A stretch of 64,000 nt of DNA, from NCBI RefSeq assembly GCF_006345805.1, contig NC_043007.1:21886001-21950000 (forward strand), given 5' to 3'. The notes beneath the pieces are model-generated. The model was given only the letters and a program-made list of their open reading frames with translations. It did not search any database and was not told the DNA's origin. This DNA comes from Octopus sinensis (lineage: Eukaryota). The translations under genes and the position numbers were made by a program. Positions 1-11,824 of this stretch are shown piece after piece. How positions within the stretch are numbered: the first letter of the stretch is position 1; each line of letters opens with the position of its first letter.

Positions 1-254
1 TGAAAACACAAAGAGAAAACACAACAACGCGAGGACGTGGAACAAATATAGTATTATTGGATGCTCAGGAAGGAAGGGAAGAAGAAGGGTTTAACGTTTC
101 GAGTAGAGCTCTTTGTCAGAAACATAGCAAAAGGAAAGATCCAGAGAAGGGAAGACGGAGGAAAAAAAATCACCAACGGTACACAAACGGTCATACATAT
201 ATATGTACATGTGTATATGTATATATATGTGTACGTATATGTATATATATGTAT

Positions 255-288
<34 letters not shown>

Positions 289-678
289 ACATATATATAC
301 ATATATATACATATTATACATATATATACATATATATATATATAAAATATTATTAGAGACAAAACCACTATTTTGCAAAACAAACAAGGAAAGACTTAAT
401 CAATACATAAAATTTTAATAAATAGTCAAAAAAACCGCCACTACAATCGTTTCTTGTCTTGATCGACAATCTTCAGGTGGACTTCCAATAATTCAGTGTC
501 AAATTATGATTTTTTTTCCTCCGTCTTCCCTTCTCTGGATCTTTCCTTTTGCTATGTTTCTGACAAAGAGCTCTACTCGAAACGTTAAACCCTCCTTCTT
601 CCCTTCCTTCCTGAGCGTCCAATAATACTATATATGTTCCACGTCCTCGCGTTGTTGTGTTTTCTCTTTGTGTTTTCA
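1..678. repeat. Inverted repeat, arms 1-172 and 507-678, each carrying a degenerate hammerhead-like motif
   Basis: Arms are reverse complements with about 3 mismatches; motif GTTT-CTGACAA-A-GAG ctcta CTC-GAAACGTT-AAAC at 556-590 (+) and 89-123 (-). Confidence 0.85.
438..480 (-). ncRNA. Minimal type I hammerhead ribozyme motif (Penelope-like element type)
   Basis: Minus strand CCAC-CUGAAGA-UUGUC gaucaa GACAA-GAAAC gauu GUA-GUGG: complete core, 4-bp stem I, 5-bp stem II, self-complementary stem/loop III, GUA triplet. Confidence 0.8.
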
Positions 679-687
679 TGTTTGGAT

Positions 688-723
<36 letters not shown>

Positions 724-1265
724 GGAGTAAACACATAAATGTGAAACAAGGTGGAAAAAAGAGTACTCAAATACCAGTGGTAGTGTAATATGCTTTATTT
801 AAAGCAGCAGAAAATTCAACAAAATCTGTTACTCTGAGTGTCCTGTTGCCGTTCATCGGACAGTTTTGGCTAGAATGGAACTGATATGTCAATTCTATCC
901 AGACTATTACAAACGCTACACCTTTAAAAAATGGACTTGTTTGATTGGCCCTTTAGAAATAACGGTCAATTTTCGAGCGATAAACAAAGATGAGCTCAAA
1001 AATATATATATATATATATATATTTATAAAAATTATAAAATTCGAGGAAAAACCTTACATTGAATAAAATACATATTGACCTTAATGAAGGAAATATAAT
1101 TAATACATGGAAATTGAAATGCATTAAAAATATAACACAGCAATACATATTCATATTAAAGTATACATATATATCAACATACACAGAATAGATGCGTGCG
1201 AACCCCATACATATACAGATGTATAAATATAAAGCTAAAATATACACACAAATGCATGTATACAT

Positions 1266-1610
1266 GGTGACGGTGGTGACCCCCTTCGGTCAGACACTGA
1301 CCATGGGTTTGCACCTAGAGTGTTACCCTCTGAGGTACAAGTCTGGGCAAGGTTGTTTTATGGAAGACCAGCAGTCGCCCATGCATACCGGCCTCCCCTC
1401 TCCACGTCACCAATGTTGTCCAAGGGAAAGGCAGCAGCTGATACAGCTTGGCACCTGTGACATCACAACTCATTTCTACAGCTGGGTTAACTGGAGCAAA
1501 GTGAAATAAAGTGTCTTGCTCAAGAACACAACACGCAGCCCGGTCCGGGATTCGAGCTCACAACCTCACAATTGTAAGCTGGATGCTCTAACCACTGAGC
1601 CACGCGCCTT
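1266..1610 (-). mobile_element. tRNA-headed SINE, family D
   Basis: A-box TGGCTCAGTGG, B-box-like CTCGAATCCC, cttgagcaagacacttt core; homologous copy at 63156-63510 (+). Confidence 0.7.
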
Positions 1611-1919
1611 CATGTATGTATGCATATGTATACATATATGTATACATATGTATACATATGTATATAAATATGTATACATATGTATACGCAATCTAGTTCG
1701 CACACAAGCTAAAATCATCGATGGTTAAGTATTGTTCTTATTTACGAAGCAAAGCTTAAGACATGAGTAAGTGAGGGGGGCGTAAAGTTGCATGACTCTA
1801 TACATGTATCGTATAGTTAGAGAAAAAAACGAAAGAAAGGAAGAGAGAGTAAAAAAGGGGAAGGAAAAAAAGAAAAAAGGAGGGGTGGGGAAAAAACGAA
1901 ATAAGAAAAATTATGTATA

Positions 1920-3187
1920 CAACTGGGAGGGCGCCTTGCGCATCGAGATCTTCTCAGGCTAAGCACCTCGTTCTCCTCCTCTCCACAATCGTCATCCGAT
2001 GAAGCGACAATCCTGCAAAGATCCAAGACATGTCACGGCATTCTATCAATGGAGACGTTGTTTCTGGAATTGACTACCGTCACCATTCCTCTACTCCATT
2101 GAGACGTACAGCACACCTTCGGTGGCTTAAGTCAGACTTCCTCCCCTATTTTCATGCAAGCGGGTCCCTTCTCTTCCTCGTAGCCCTCCAGCGCTTTACT
2201 AAGATGCCTCCATTCATATTTAAATACTGCTCTGTGTGGCACAGATTCTTCAGCTTGTCCAGATCGGGGAGACATGTTGTACCAGAAAACTGCTTCCAAT
2301 GGTGAAATGTGCCCTCTTTCCGCTATGGACTTGACTGTCCAATGGTGCCTCTCTACGATCCCGTTACCACTCGGCCTATACGCTGCTCTGAACAAGCAAC
2401 GCACATTCCACCAGTTGAGCATATCCCTCAATGCTTCTGAATGAAACACCGCCCCGTTGTCCATTAGCAGTTCTTCCACAGGACCCCTCTCTAAAAATAT
2501 CCCGTTCAAAATCTGCGCAATCTTGTCAGCAATGCCCGTTCTCAACTCCCTCCAAATGGCCAGCCGGCCCGGCCCACAGTTGACCATGGAGAGATACATT
2601 CTCTGATGGTAGTGCATCACATCCACAACTAGACATTTCCAGTTGCGCTCCACCAAAAGATTTCCTTGCTCATGCCCACACGGAGTAGGGTCAATGGACT
2701 GACACCTGTCGCAGCTCCTGACCACTTTTTTCGAGAGATATAGGGTCCTGTCCACACCCAAGTGATGCATAGAATGTAGTCTCTTCAGTTCGGAGTCATC
2801 CAACCGACATGCCGCAGCGATCCCTTTCCGGGCCTCCTCCGGTTCCTCCAACCACACCCTTTTCACCCTGGTCAGTGCGTCTGCCCTGTTTCTCTCCAAA
2901 GGCGCGGAAACCACGTTCAACTTCAGTCCGAACTCGGCAATCAATTCTCCTAGAACTCCTAGACAGCGCTTCACCAATATCTCCATGGCACCTTTCATCC
3001 GAACTCTCCTCTCACCGGTAATCCCCGGTCCTACCCAGCCAAGCACCGGGGCCGAATCTGTCCGGATTTCAATTGAGCGCAGCCCCCATTTCAGGGCCAA
3101 GTTCACCCCTTTCAGCACCGCGTCTAATTCGGTAACATTGATGTGGTTAAAGTCATCTGCTTTCCAAAGCCAGGCCGCGTCCTCCAC
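1920..3187 (-). mobile_element. Defective Ty3/Gypsy pol fragment (RNase H and integrase)
   Basis: RNase H motifs (INVTELDAV, RTDS, NRADAL), shortened HHCC, DDE integrase (VVDVMH, LMDNG, GIVERHH), AVFWYN; continues past 2132 with stop codons. Confidence 0.88.
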
Positions 3188-3189
3188 CT

Positions 3190-3355
3190 CAGCACTCTCT
3201 GAGTGGTTGGTGTTATGAAGGGCATCCAGCTGTAGAAACTCTGCCAGATCAGATTGGAGCCTGGTGCAGCCATCTGGTTCACCAGTCCTCAGTCAAAATC
3301 GTCCAACCCATGCTAGCATGGAAAGCGGACATTAAATGATGATGATGATGATGAT
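3190..3355 (+). mobile_element. RTE LINE 3'-UTR tail ending in (GAT)n
   Basis: gagtggttgg...gaagggcatccagctgtagaaac...ttaaatgatgatg; same tail as the RTE fragment at 33030-34190. Confidence 0.75.
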
Positions 3356-3529
3356 GTCGACTGCGACAATGACAATGGCGGTAGTGACGACAATGATGAT
3401 GACGATGATGATGGTGATGATGGTTTCTGAAACAAGAATTTTTCTTGAAATAATCAGCTACCTGAAAGCAGGAAGTGTTCATTATGTTAATAATATTTTG
3501 CAGTTTTAGTTAACTGTGTTTTGAGGGGT

Positions 3530-4080
3530 TTAATCCCGAGTCATAGTTGCAAGGATCATATTTGTAAGGGATCATATTAAGGTAAGAGGCATTGCAACTT
3601 TTAATTTACTATTTTACAAAAAATATTGTGAACCCTGGACTTTTTGATATTAATAACTCTTAATAAGTGAGTAGGTAGTTTCTGTTATCTAGGTGACATA
3701 AACAGCGCTGGGGGGTGGTGTGTGTGTGGTTATAGTGAAAGCATGTAGTAGCTGGAGTAAGAATGCGGTAGAAAGCATTCAAGGACGTGTCAACAGAAAT
3801 AGCAACAGCTATTGTGTTGTTTAAGAGATACTGAATGCCGAAGAGCTGAAGAGGCTGGCTAGAGTTAAGTGTGCCACATTGAGAAGATGTTTAGGAGCTG
3901 TTGCTTCTGTTGGAAACAAAGAAGCAGTCTGCATAAAAAGTGTAAACAAGAAGCAGGATGCTGTTTAATAGTGAGATGTGAATATTGAATATGGAGGTAT
4001 AGAGTTTGAGATGGAATGTGTCAAGTGTGGGCTGCAGAATGTCTGATGTTAACTTATCTTAAAGACAAGAGGTTACTTAC
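3530..4080 (-). mobile_element. Highly decayed LINE RT C-terminal remnant (CR1/Jockey-like)
   Basis: Broken frames faintly resembling LINE tail motifs (..FYR.., YDL....IN); weak. Confidence 0.3.
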
Positions 4081-4347
4081 TCTGAAAACAATTTAACAAT
4101 TCTGCCAACTTAACGATCAACTGCATTATTCGCAGGAGAAAGCATACATTTTATTCTGAAATATTCTTTGTATTTTTAAACTCATCTCACTTTCTCTCTC
4201 TCCTCACCCGTCTCATATTATGATGGTGAATTGTCATCAGTGTCAGATAGAAAGTCTCATAGCATTTATTCCAAAATTCTGTGCCCTGAGTTCAAATCCT
4301 GCAAAGGTTGATTTTGCCTTTCATCCTTTCAGGGTCAATAAAATATA

Positions 4348-5130
4348 TATTTCTTTATTACCCACAAGGGGCTAAACACAGAGAGGACAAACAAGGACAG
4401 ACAAATGGATTAAGTCGATTATATCGACCCCAGTGCATAACTGGTACTTATTTAATTGACCCTGAAAGGATGAAAGGCAAAGTCGACCTTGACGGAATTT
4501 GAATTCAGGACATAGCGGCAGACGAAATACCTATTTCTTTACTACCCACAAGGGGCTAAACACAGAGAGGACAAACAAGGACAGACAAAGGGATTAAGTT
4601 GATTACATCAACCCCAGTGCGTAACAGGTACTTATTTAATCGACCCCGAAAGGATGAAAGACAAAGTTGACCTCGGCGGAATTTGAATTCAGGACATAGC
4701 GGCAGACGAAATACCTATTTCTTTACTACCCACAAGGGGCTAAACACAGAGAGGACAAACAAGGACAGACAAACGGATTAAGTCGATTATATCAACTTCA
4801 GTGCATAACTGGTACTTATTTAATCGAGCCCGAAAGGATGAAAGGCAAAGTCGACCTCATCAGAATTTGAACTCAGAATGTAGCGGCAGACAAAATATCT
4901 ATTTCTTTACTACCCACAAGAGGTTAAACACAGAGGGGACAAATAAGGACACACAAATGGATTAAGTCGATTATATCGACCTCCAGTGCATAACTGGTAC
5001 TTATTTAATCGACCCCGAAAGGATGAAAGGCAAAGTCGACCTCGGCGGAATTTGAACTCAGAACGTAACGGCAGACGAAATACTGCTAAGCATTTGCCTG
5101 GCGTGCTAACGATTCTGCCAGCTCGCCGCC
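4348..5130 (-). mobile_element. tRNA-headed SINE family B, head plus four tandem 184-bp bodies
   Basis: Bodies start at 4348, 4532, 4716, 4900; head at about 5083-5132; 21-bp TSD tttcagggtcaataaaatata at 4327-4347 and 5131-5151. Confidence 0.85.
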
Positions 5131-5535
5131 TTTCAGGGTCAATAAAATATAGTTAGTTAATTAATTTGTTAGCTAATTATTTTTCTCCATGCTGTGAGGC
5201 ACATAATGCTGCAACATGATCTCCAGCCAGCTCTGTTTTCTGATACTGTTCTAGTCCAGCCACATAACCAGCCGATTGCAACTGGAGGTGCTATCTTGAT
5301 AGCTGGGAGTGCTGAACAGGGGTACGAACAAAAGCCCCAACTTACAGCATGAAAGTGGACAAAAGCCCCATGCTAATATTTTTCAGTTGTTTTTTTCGTT
5401 TAATGACTTCAGATATTCCTTATGAGAAAAAAGAAGGCGGCGACAATGTATAATTTCAAAAGTGGATAAAACAAATTCTCATGCTGAGATTCTAACTGGG
5501 GGGTGCTGAGCACCCCATAGCCCCACCCCCACCCC

Positions 5536-5845
5536 ATGGTTACATGCTTGTTCTGGTCTCATTTCAGCTTCTCCACCATTCTCATCTCATTTTCTTGTCA
5601 ATGGCCCTTCGCCATATGGCACCACCCTGCTGCTCTTTTCCCCTCAGGCTGCCTCTTTAGTGCCACCATACAACCGCATTCTCGATCTTATCTGAGGACA
5701 TGTCCGATCCAGTTCCAGAGTCTGTGTCTTATTTTGTCCCCGATCCTTTCGATGCCCACTGTTGTCTCAACTGTGTCATTTTGGGCTCTTTTTAGCCACT
5801 TGATGTCCAGTATTCTCCTTAAGCATGTGAATTTGAAGCTGTGCT
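5536..5845 (-). mobile_element. Decayed RTE-clade LINE RT C-terminus
   Basis: Minus frame LRRILDIKWL...IRHRLWNWIGHVLR*...QPEGKR. Confidence 0.65.
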
Positions 5846-6140
5846 AATCCAAATCCTAATCCATAGCAGTGGATTGACAAAACTGTAAAAATGGATCAGA
5901 TGTCTGGTGGTATTTATTCTTGCTCTTTGTGTTTTGAGTTCAAATCCTGCCATGATCTACTGATATGATAAACTTAATACATCACTGGGTCTAACACCAC
6001 CACCTGCCATTTGGGGTAACTTTAGTGGAATCCACTCCCCATGAAGCATTTAAAGTCCGCTTTCCATGCTGGCATGGGTGGGACAGTTTGACAAGAGCTG
6101 GCCAGGCAGATGCCTGCACCAGACTTCTGTAACTGTTTTA

Positions 6141-6880
6141 GCAGGAGTTTTACAGCTGGATGCCCCTCCTAACACCAACCACCCAGCTGAGTGGACTTAG
6201 TACTTTTGATGTGGCACAAGCACAGGTGAGGTTAGTTTTGGCAAGGTGTTTACAGCTGGATGCCCTTCCAGACACCAACCACCCAGCTGAGTGGACTTAG
6301 TGCTTTTGACGTGGCACAAGCACAGGTGAGGTTAGTTTTGGCAAGGTGTTTACAGCTGGATGCCCTTCCAGACACCAACCACCCAGCTGAGTGGACTTAG
6401 TGCTTTTGATGTGGCACAAGCACAGGTGAGGTTAGTTTTGGCAAGGTGTTTACAGCTGGATGCCCTTCCAGACACCAACCACCCAGCTGAGTGAACTTAG
6501 TGCTTTTGACGTGGCACAAGCACAGGTGAGGTTAGTTTTGGCAAGGTGTTTACAGCTGGATGCCCTTCCAGACACCAACCACCCAGCTGAGTGGACTTAG
6601 TGCTTTTGATGTGGCACAAGCACAGGTGAGGTTAGTTTTGGCAAGGTGTTTACAGCTGGATGCCCTTCCAGACACCAACCACCCAGCTGAGTGGACTTAG
6701 TGCTTTTGACGTGGCACAAGCACAGGTGAGGTTAGTTTTGGCAAGGTGTTTACAGCTGGATGCCCTTCCAGACACCAACCACCCAGCTGAGTGGACTTAG
6801 TGCTTTTGATGTGGCACAAGCACAGGTGAGGTTAGTTTTGGCAAGGTTTTTACAGCTGGATGCCCTTCCAAACACCAACC
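6141..6880. repeat. 100-bp tandem repeat, about 7 copies, derived from RTE 3' UTR
   Basis: gcaagg(tg)tt recurs at 6241, 6341 ... 6841. Confidence 0.92.
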
Positions 6881-7452
6881 ACTTTACAGTGTAGACTGGG
6901 TGCTTTTAAGTGGCACCTGCACTGACAGGGTCACCAAGTAACTTGCAAGGCAAAAAAAGTTTCTTTTAAGAGGGGAACGGGCATTAGTGGAGGGGATCTT
7001 GTGTCAGATGATGAAAGGTTATAGTGAGACAGAGAGACAGCAACAAGTGTCTTGCTGTACCAACGATCATGCTCGAATGGTGTTTTTAATTTGCCATCGG
7101 CACGGAGGCCAGCTTGTTGCTCTGGCAACGATCTCACTTGTATGGTACTCTTAGTGCTCCACTAGCACTGAGGTCAGTCATCAGATATCATTCAGCTAGT
7201 GTTAGGAACATAAATTGTGACTAAGGTTTGGTGGAAGATTTTAGTTCAGAACTTATGAAAACAAGACATTTGTACTACAGAGCCAGTGATGGTTTCAGCC
7301 AGGTTCGTAATGAAAGGGTTAAACGCACCTCTACATTTGGGCAGATGCACATTAGAAGCAATTGGAAGGGTGTGGATTGAAGGAAATTTAGGCTATTATT
7401 TCTAGCATATAGAGTTACCACATTGAGGTCTCCTCATGTCTTCTGCTGATTC

Positions 7453-7662
7453 TTAACCCTTTTGTTACCATATTTCTATTGAGATTAATTTTAAATATTA
7501 CAAAGAATTTAGTAAAATAACTTAGTTATCATTAAGCTGGTATTAGGAACATAAATTGTGACTAAGGTTTGGTGGAAGATTTTAATTCAAAACTTATGAA
7601 AACAAGACATTTGCACTCAGAGCCAGAGCCGGTTTCAGCCGGGTTGGTAACAAAATGGTTAA
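7453..7662. mobile_element. piggyBac-type MITE, family 2
   Basis: ttaaCCCTTT...AAATGGttaa termini; relatives at about 7150-7322, 46891-47302, 61899-62116. Confidence 0.65.
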
Positions 7663-8254
7663 TATATACAGTGCACAGAATGCACTACTATCTTATGTGT
7701 ACCAAAAACTCACAAAGGGAAAAATCATATTATGAACCAGAAACAAGCACGTTCTTTCCAAAGGTTTTTGCCCCCTTAAAAAACTTCACAATAAAATATA
7801 TGGAATCACTTATATAGAATCGGTCGGTTTGTGTTGATTCAAAAGTAACATAATTACTTAATCCATTAGTATTCCAAAACTGATGGATGAAATTACCGAG
7901 GCAGGAAATTCTTCTTTGGTTTATCTTCAAGTTTCACATCTTGCATTTCCATCTACATAATCATTTCGCTCTTATCTCATTCTACATGTTGCAAAATTAT
8001 ATTTTGCTGCTTCTGTTGATATTTGAACCATAATAACTCTTGGCTTCTGGTTTCTTTCTCCATCATATGCTATTAAGAGTGGATTAAGTCAAATATAATC
8101 TCTTGTGCCGTAAATTAAAATTTTTTTAAAAAGCAAAAATTCATTTAGTTCTGTAACTGAAATGGTAAATAAAATTTTATTTTAAGCAGGTTATCCTTCA
8201 AAATATTGCATCATCATGTTTTGGTTTTTGCACTGGTCTCTCTCTCTCTCTTTA

Positions 8255-8625
8255 CTCTTTTACTTGTTTCAGTCATTTGACTGTGGCCATGCTGGAGCAC
8301 CGCCTTTAGTCAAGCAAATCGACCCCGGGACTTATTCTTTGTAAGCCCATTACTTATTCTATCGGTCTCTTTTGACGAACCGCTAAGTGACGGGGACGTA
8401 AACACACCAGCATCGGTTGTCAAGCAATGCTAGAGGGACATACACAGACACACACATACATATATATGACAGGCTTCTTTCAGTTTCCGCCTACCAAATC
8501 CACTCACAAGGCTTTGGTCGGTCCAAGGCTATAGCAGAAGACACACGCCCAAGGTGTCACGCAGTGGGACTGAACCCGGAACCATGTGGTTGGTTAGCAA
8601 GCTACTTACCACACAGCCACTCCTG
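8255..8625 (-). mobile_element. tRNA-headed SINE family A with internal (TA/TG)n
   Basis: Head gcaggagtggctgtgtggtaag...ggttcagtccc, ccttgggcaagtg core, tail tgactgaaacaagtaaaagag. Confidence 0.8.
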
Positions 8626-9744
8626 CATATATATATATATATATGAATGTATATATAAGTGGGTGCTGAAAAGTTCCTGGCGTGCTAACGATTCTGCCAG
8701 CTCGTCACCTTAATGGTAATTGCGTCTATAGAGGAGGTGTCCGAGATCTCTATCCACACGATCTTCCCAGGATCAATGGGTGGAGAAAATGGATGGAATT
8801 TTACAATTACATCATACTACTGCAACGAAAGTGTCACACCATAATTCTTACAGTGGTATCATATCTTACCACAGCTGCTGGGCTTAATAAAAATATATCA
8901 TTTCTTTTTATTTAATATTTGTTAATAGTAGCTACATCCACTTATCTATTCTAGAAAATGTTGGAGAGTTTGGCAAAAACAAATATTCACATTAATCACT
9001 GAATGTCATTCTTGATGTTAATAGTTTCATAAGAGCAAGAGAACTTCATTTTCCAGTTGTTAAGTTGATTAATGCAAATAATACAGTAACGAACCGAGAG
9101 GCAAAACAAAAGAATTTGAGGATAATCACTGTATCAGTTAACAACATGTAGCAGGAATATTGGCAGAGTCCCAAACACAGATTCATTGCCAAGAAATCAA
9201 ACTAAAATGACTGTGTTTAGATGTAAAATAACTAAGTACCACAAACAGGATTCTGTCAAAGATTGATGACGTCAGCAAAGAACTATCCATTTCAGATCTC
9301 TGGTAGATACATCAAGAATGTTTTTTATTATCAGTAGATAGCTAATCAGTAAAAACAACAGAATCAGTAGATGCTTAACACATTATATCCCAGTTGTGAT
9401 AGAAAACATGTGGTATTGTCATTAACGATTTTGTCTTTGGCGTGTTTTCTTTGACAGACCTTGGCTGCAGTTGTTTGAAGGACGAAGTGGGACAAAGTGC
9501 GAATCCAGATAGAATTCAAGGGAGGTAGGAGGGAAACATGAAGGGGTCATTGAACATGGACAGTGAATGGGATATCAACTTAGAGAGCGCAATCCCGCTA
9601 TATATCAAGTAGAGGAGGTAACTGAAATTGAGGGAGGTCTGTAGATTGGTGGTGAAAAAGGATTATGTTCTGGTGGATTGGGGGTTTGAATATTCTCATT
9701 TCTCTGCACAAAGCCAATCCTATGGACTGAGCATCATATAGAGT

Positions 9745-9936
9745 AGTTAGGTTGTTGAAAATAATAATGTTAGTGAAGAAGGTAAGGAAGAAAGTGAAGA
9801 TGAATGAAATGCAGTTTGGATTTATTCTAGGAAAAGAAGCGGTTAATTCAATCTTAATTATAAGGCAGTTTACAGGTGAAGTACAGGAACATGAGGAAGA
9901 AGTTGTTTCTTGGGTCTGTGGACCTGGAGAAAGCCT
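9745..9936 (+). mobile_element. RTE-clade RT fragment (frameshifted)
   Basis: NEMQFGF...ILIIRQ / KKLFLGSVDLEKAFN; cut by a TTAA MITE. Confidence 0.7.
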
Positions 9937-10154
9937 TTAACCCTTTAGCAATTAAACTGGCCCAAAATTCTACCTGTTCTATGTTCAAACTGGCCGGATC
10001 TGGCTTTTCACACTTATCGTACAATGTCATTCTAAGAATAAGCTATCACATCCTCAAAATTTTAATACTACGATGTTTTTGCATGATTAATTCAAAACAA
10101 TTTGATTACATAAGCATTACATTTGACAGAATAATCTGAATACTAAAGGGTTAA
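9937..10154. mobile_element. piggyBac-type MITE, family 1
   Basis: ttaaCCCTTTAGCA...TAAAGGGttaa; copies at about 10189-10325, 15072-15290, 22481-22912. Confidence 0.7.
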
Positions 10155-10599
10155 TGGGATTTCCCATTAAGAGATGACATGGGGACTGACCCTTTAGCAT
10201 TTTAACCAGTCATATATGGCTCAAATATTCTAGTTGTTTTATGCAAAAACTGGCCAGATTTGGCCTCTTACACCTAGATAGACAAGCATTACATTTGATA
10301 GAGTAATTTGAATGCTAAAGGGTTAAAAATGTGTAATATTAACGAATGTGGAAGCTACATTTATGTGTAGGTTCTGTATGGTGAGAGTTGCAAGTGGAGG
10401 GATATTGGAAATGGTATAAAGAGGGAAAATATGAAGGTACTTTGTTCTCTAAGAAACAATGAATGGGGATGGTGGATCATAATTGTTGACAGTAGCTGCA
10501 GTGAGATCATTGAAGGGAAGCTTAGAGAACTGATACACACATGAGAAGGGGAATATTACTAAAATAAAGATGTATAGCATGAAAATTTTATTATATTGT

Positions 10600-10893
10600 T
10601 CATTCTCAAGCCACGCCTGGCTCATAAGGGCCGGTTTACCGGTTTCCTTGGCGTATAGGTTCCCTACCTGGACGGGACGCCGGTCCGTCGCAGGTGAGCT
10701 GCAAGATGCAGGAGGAAAGAGTGAGAGAAAGTTGTGGCGAAAGAGTCAGCAGAAGTTTGCCATTACCTTCCGTCGGAGCCACGTGGAGCTTAGGTTTTTC
10801 ACTAATAAACACACAAATCGCCCGGTCTGAGATTCAAACTCGCGATCCCTCGACCGCGAGTCCGCTGCTCTAACCACTAGGCCATGTGCCTCC
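10600..10893 (-). mobile_element. tRNA-headed SINE family C
   Basis: Head ggaggcacatggcctagtggttagagcagcggactcgcgg...; copies at about 15760-16053 (-), 44169-44480 (+), 52717-53020 (+), 53845-54036 (-). Confidence 0.75.
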
Positions 10894-11824
10894 GTGATAG
10901 CATTTATATGAGGAGTGTTATGATTTATGAAAAGAAAGCAGAGCAGTAGAGAAGGCTGGAATGAATGAGAAAATAAGAATGGTTCAGCTCACCCTGTAAA
11001 AGCAACCAGTACACTCTGTAAAGTGGTTGGCATTAGGAAAGGCATCCAGCTTTAGAAACCATGCCAAATCAGACTGGAGTCTGATTTGGTACAGCTACCC
11101 AGCTTTGGTTAAACCGTCCTACCCATGCCAGCTTGGACAACAGATGTTAAACAATGATGATGATGATGACGAAGTGAGGTTGTTGTTATTCTTACTCCTT
11201 TACTTGTTTCAGTCATTTGACTGTGGCCATGCTGGAGCACCACCTTTAGTCGAGCAAACTGACCCCAGGACTTATTCTTTGTAAGCCTAGTACTTATTCT
11301 ATCAGTCTCTTTTGCTGAACCGCTAAGTTACGGGAACGTAAACACACCACCATCGGTTGTCGAGCAATGTTGGGGGGACAAACCCAGACACACAAACATA
11401 TACACACACACATACATATATATATATGTATAAATACACATATATACAATGGGCTTCTTTCAGTTTCTGTCTACCAAATCCACTCACATGTGCCACATGA
11501 AAAGCACTGTCCACTCTGCTGAGTGGTTGGTGTCAGGAAGGGCATCAAGCTGTAAAAATCCTGCCAAAACAGTCACAGAAGTCTAGTGCAGGCTTCGGCC
11601 TGGCCGGCTCTTGTGGTACCATCCCACCCATACTAGCAGGGAAGACGGACATTAAACGATGATGATGATGAAACAATTTTCTATTATGAAACTGTTGTTA
11701 ACTGGAACAAATTTTTGGTGTAACGACACAGAACTGAATACAAGGGTGAAAATATCTATGCCTGTGTTTAAAAGTATTGAGCCCTAAGCTTGCTGGCACT
11801 GAATTTTGGATTTTCCTTGAATTA

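Noticed and set aside
54-736. Many ORFs rich in Y/I/C/V/H/T, here and across the window
   Set aside because: Translations of (TA)n, (TG)n and (CAT)n microsatellites and SINE interiors; not genes.
1770-1920. Possible Gypsy 3' LTR or polypurine tract
   Set aside because: The element strand is pyrimidine-rich here and there is no second LTR copy to confirm it.
7700-9400. Non-repetitive segments with coding-like stretches (e.g. ORF 7730-7930)
   Set aside because: Stops in every frame, no recognisable family motif and no consistent splice chain; probably old transposon debris.
10820-10893. tRNA-like sequences at SINE heads
   Set aside because: They have A/B boxes but I could not fold a full cloverleaf, and they continue into SINE bodies; not tRNA genes.
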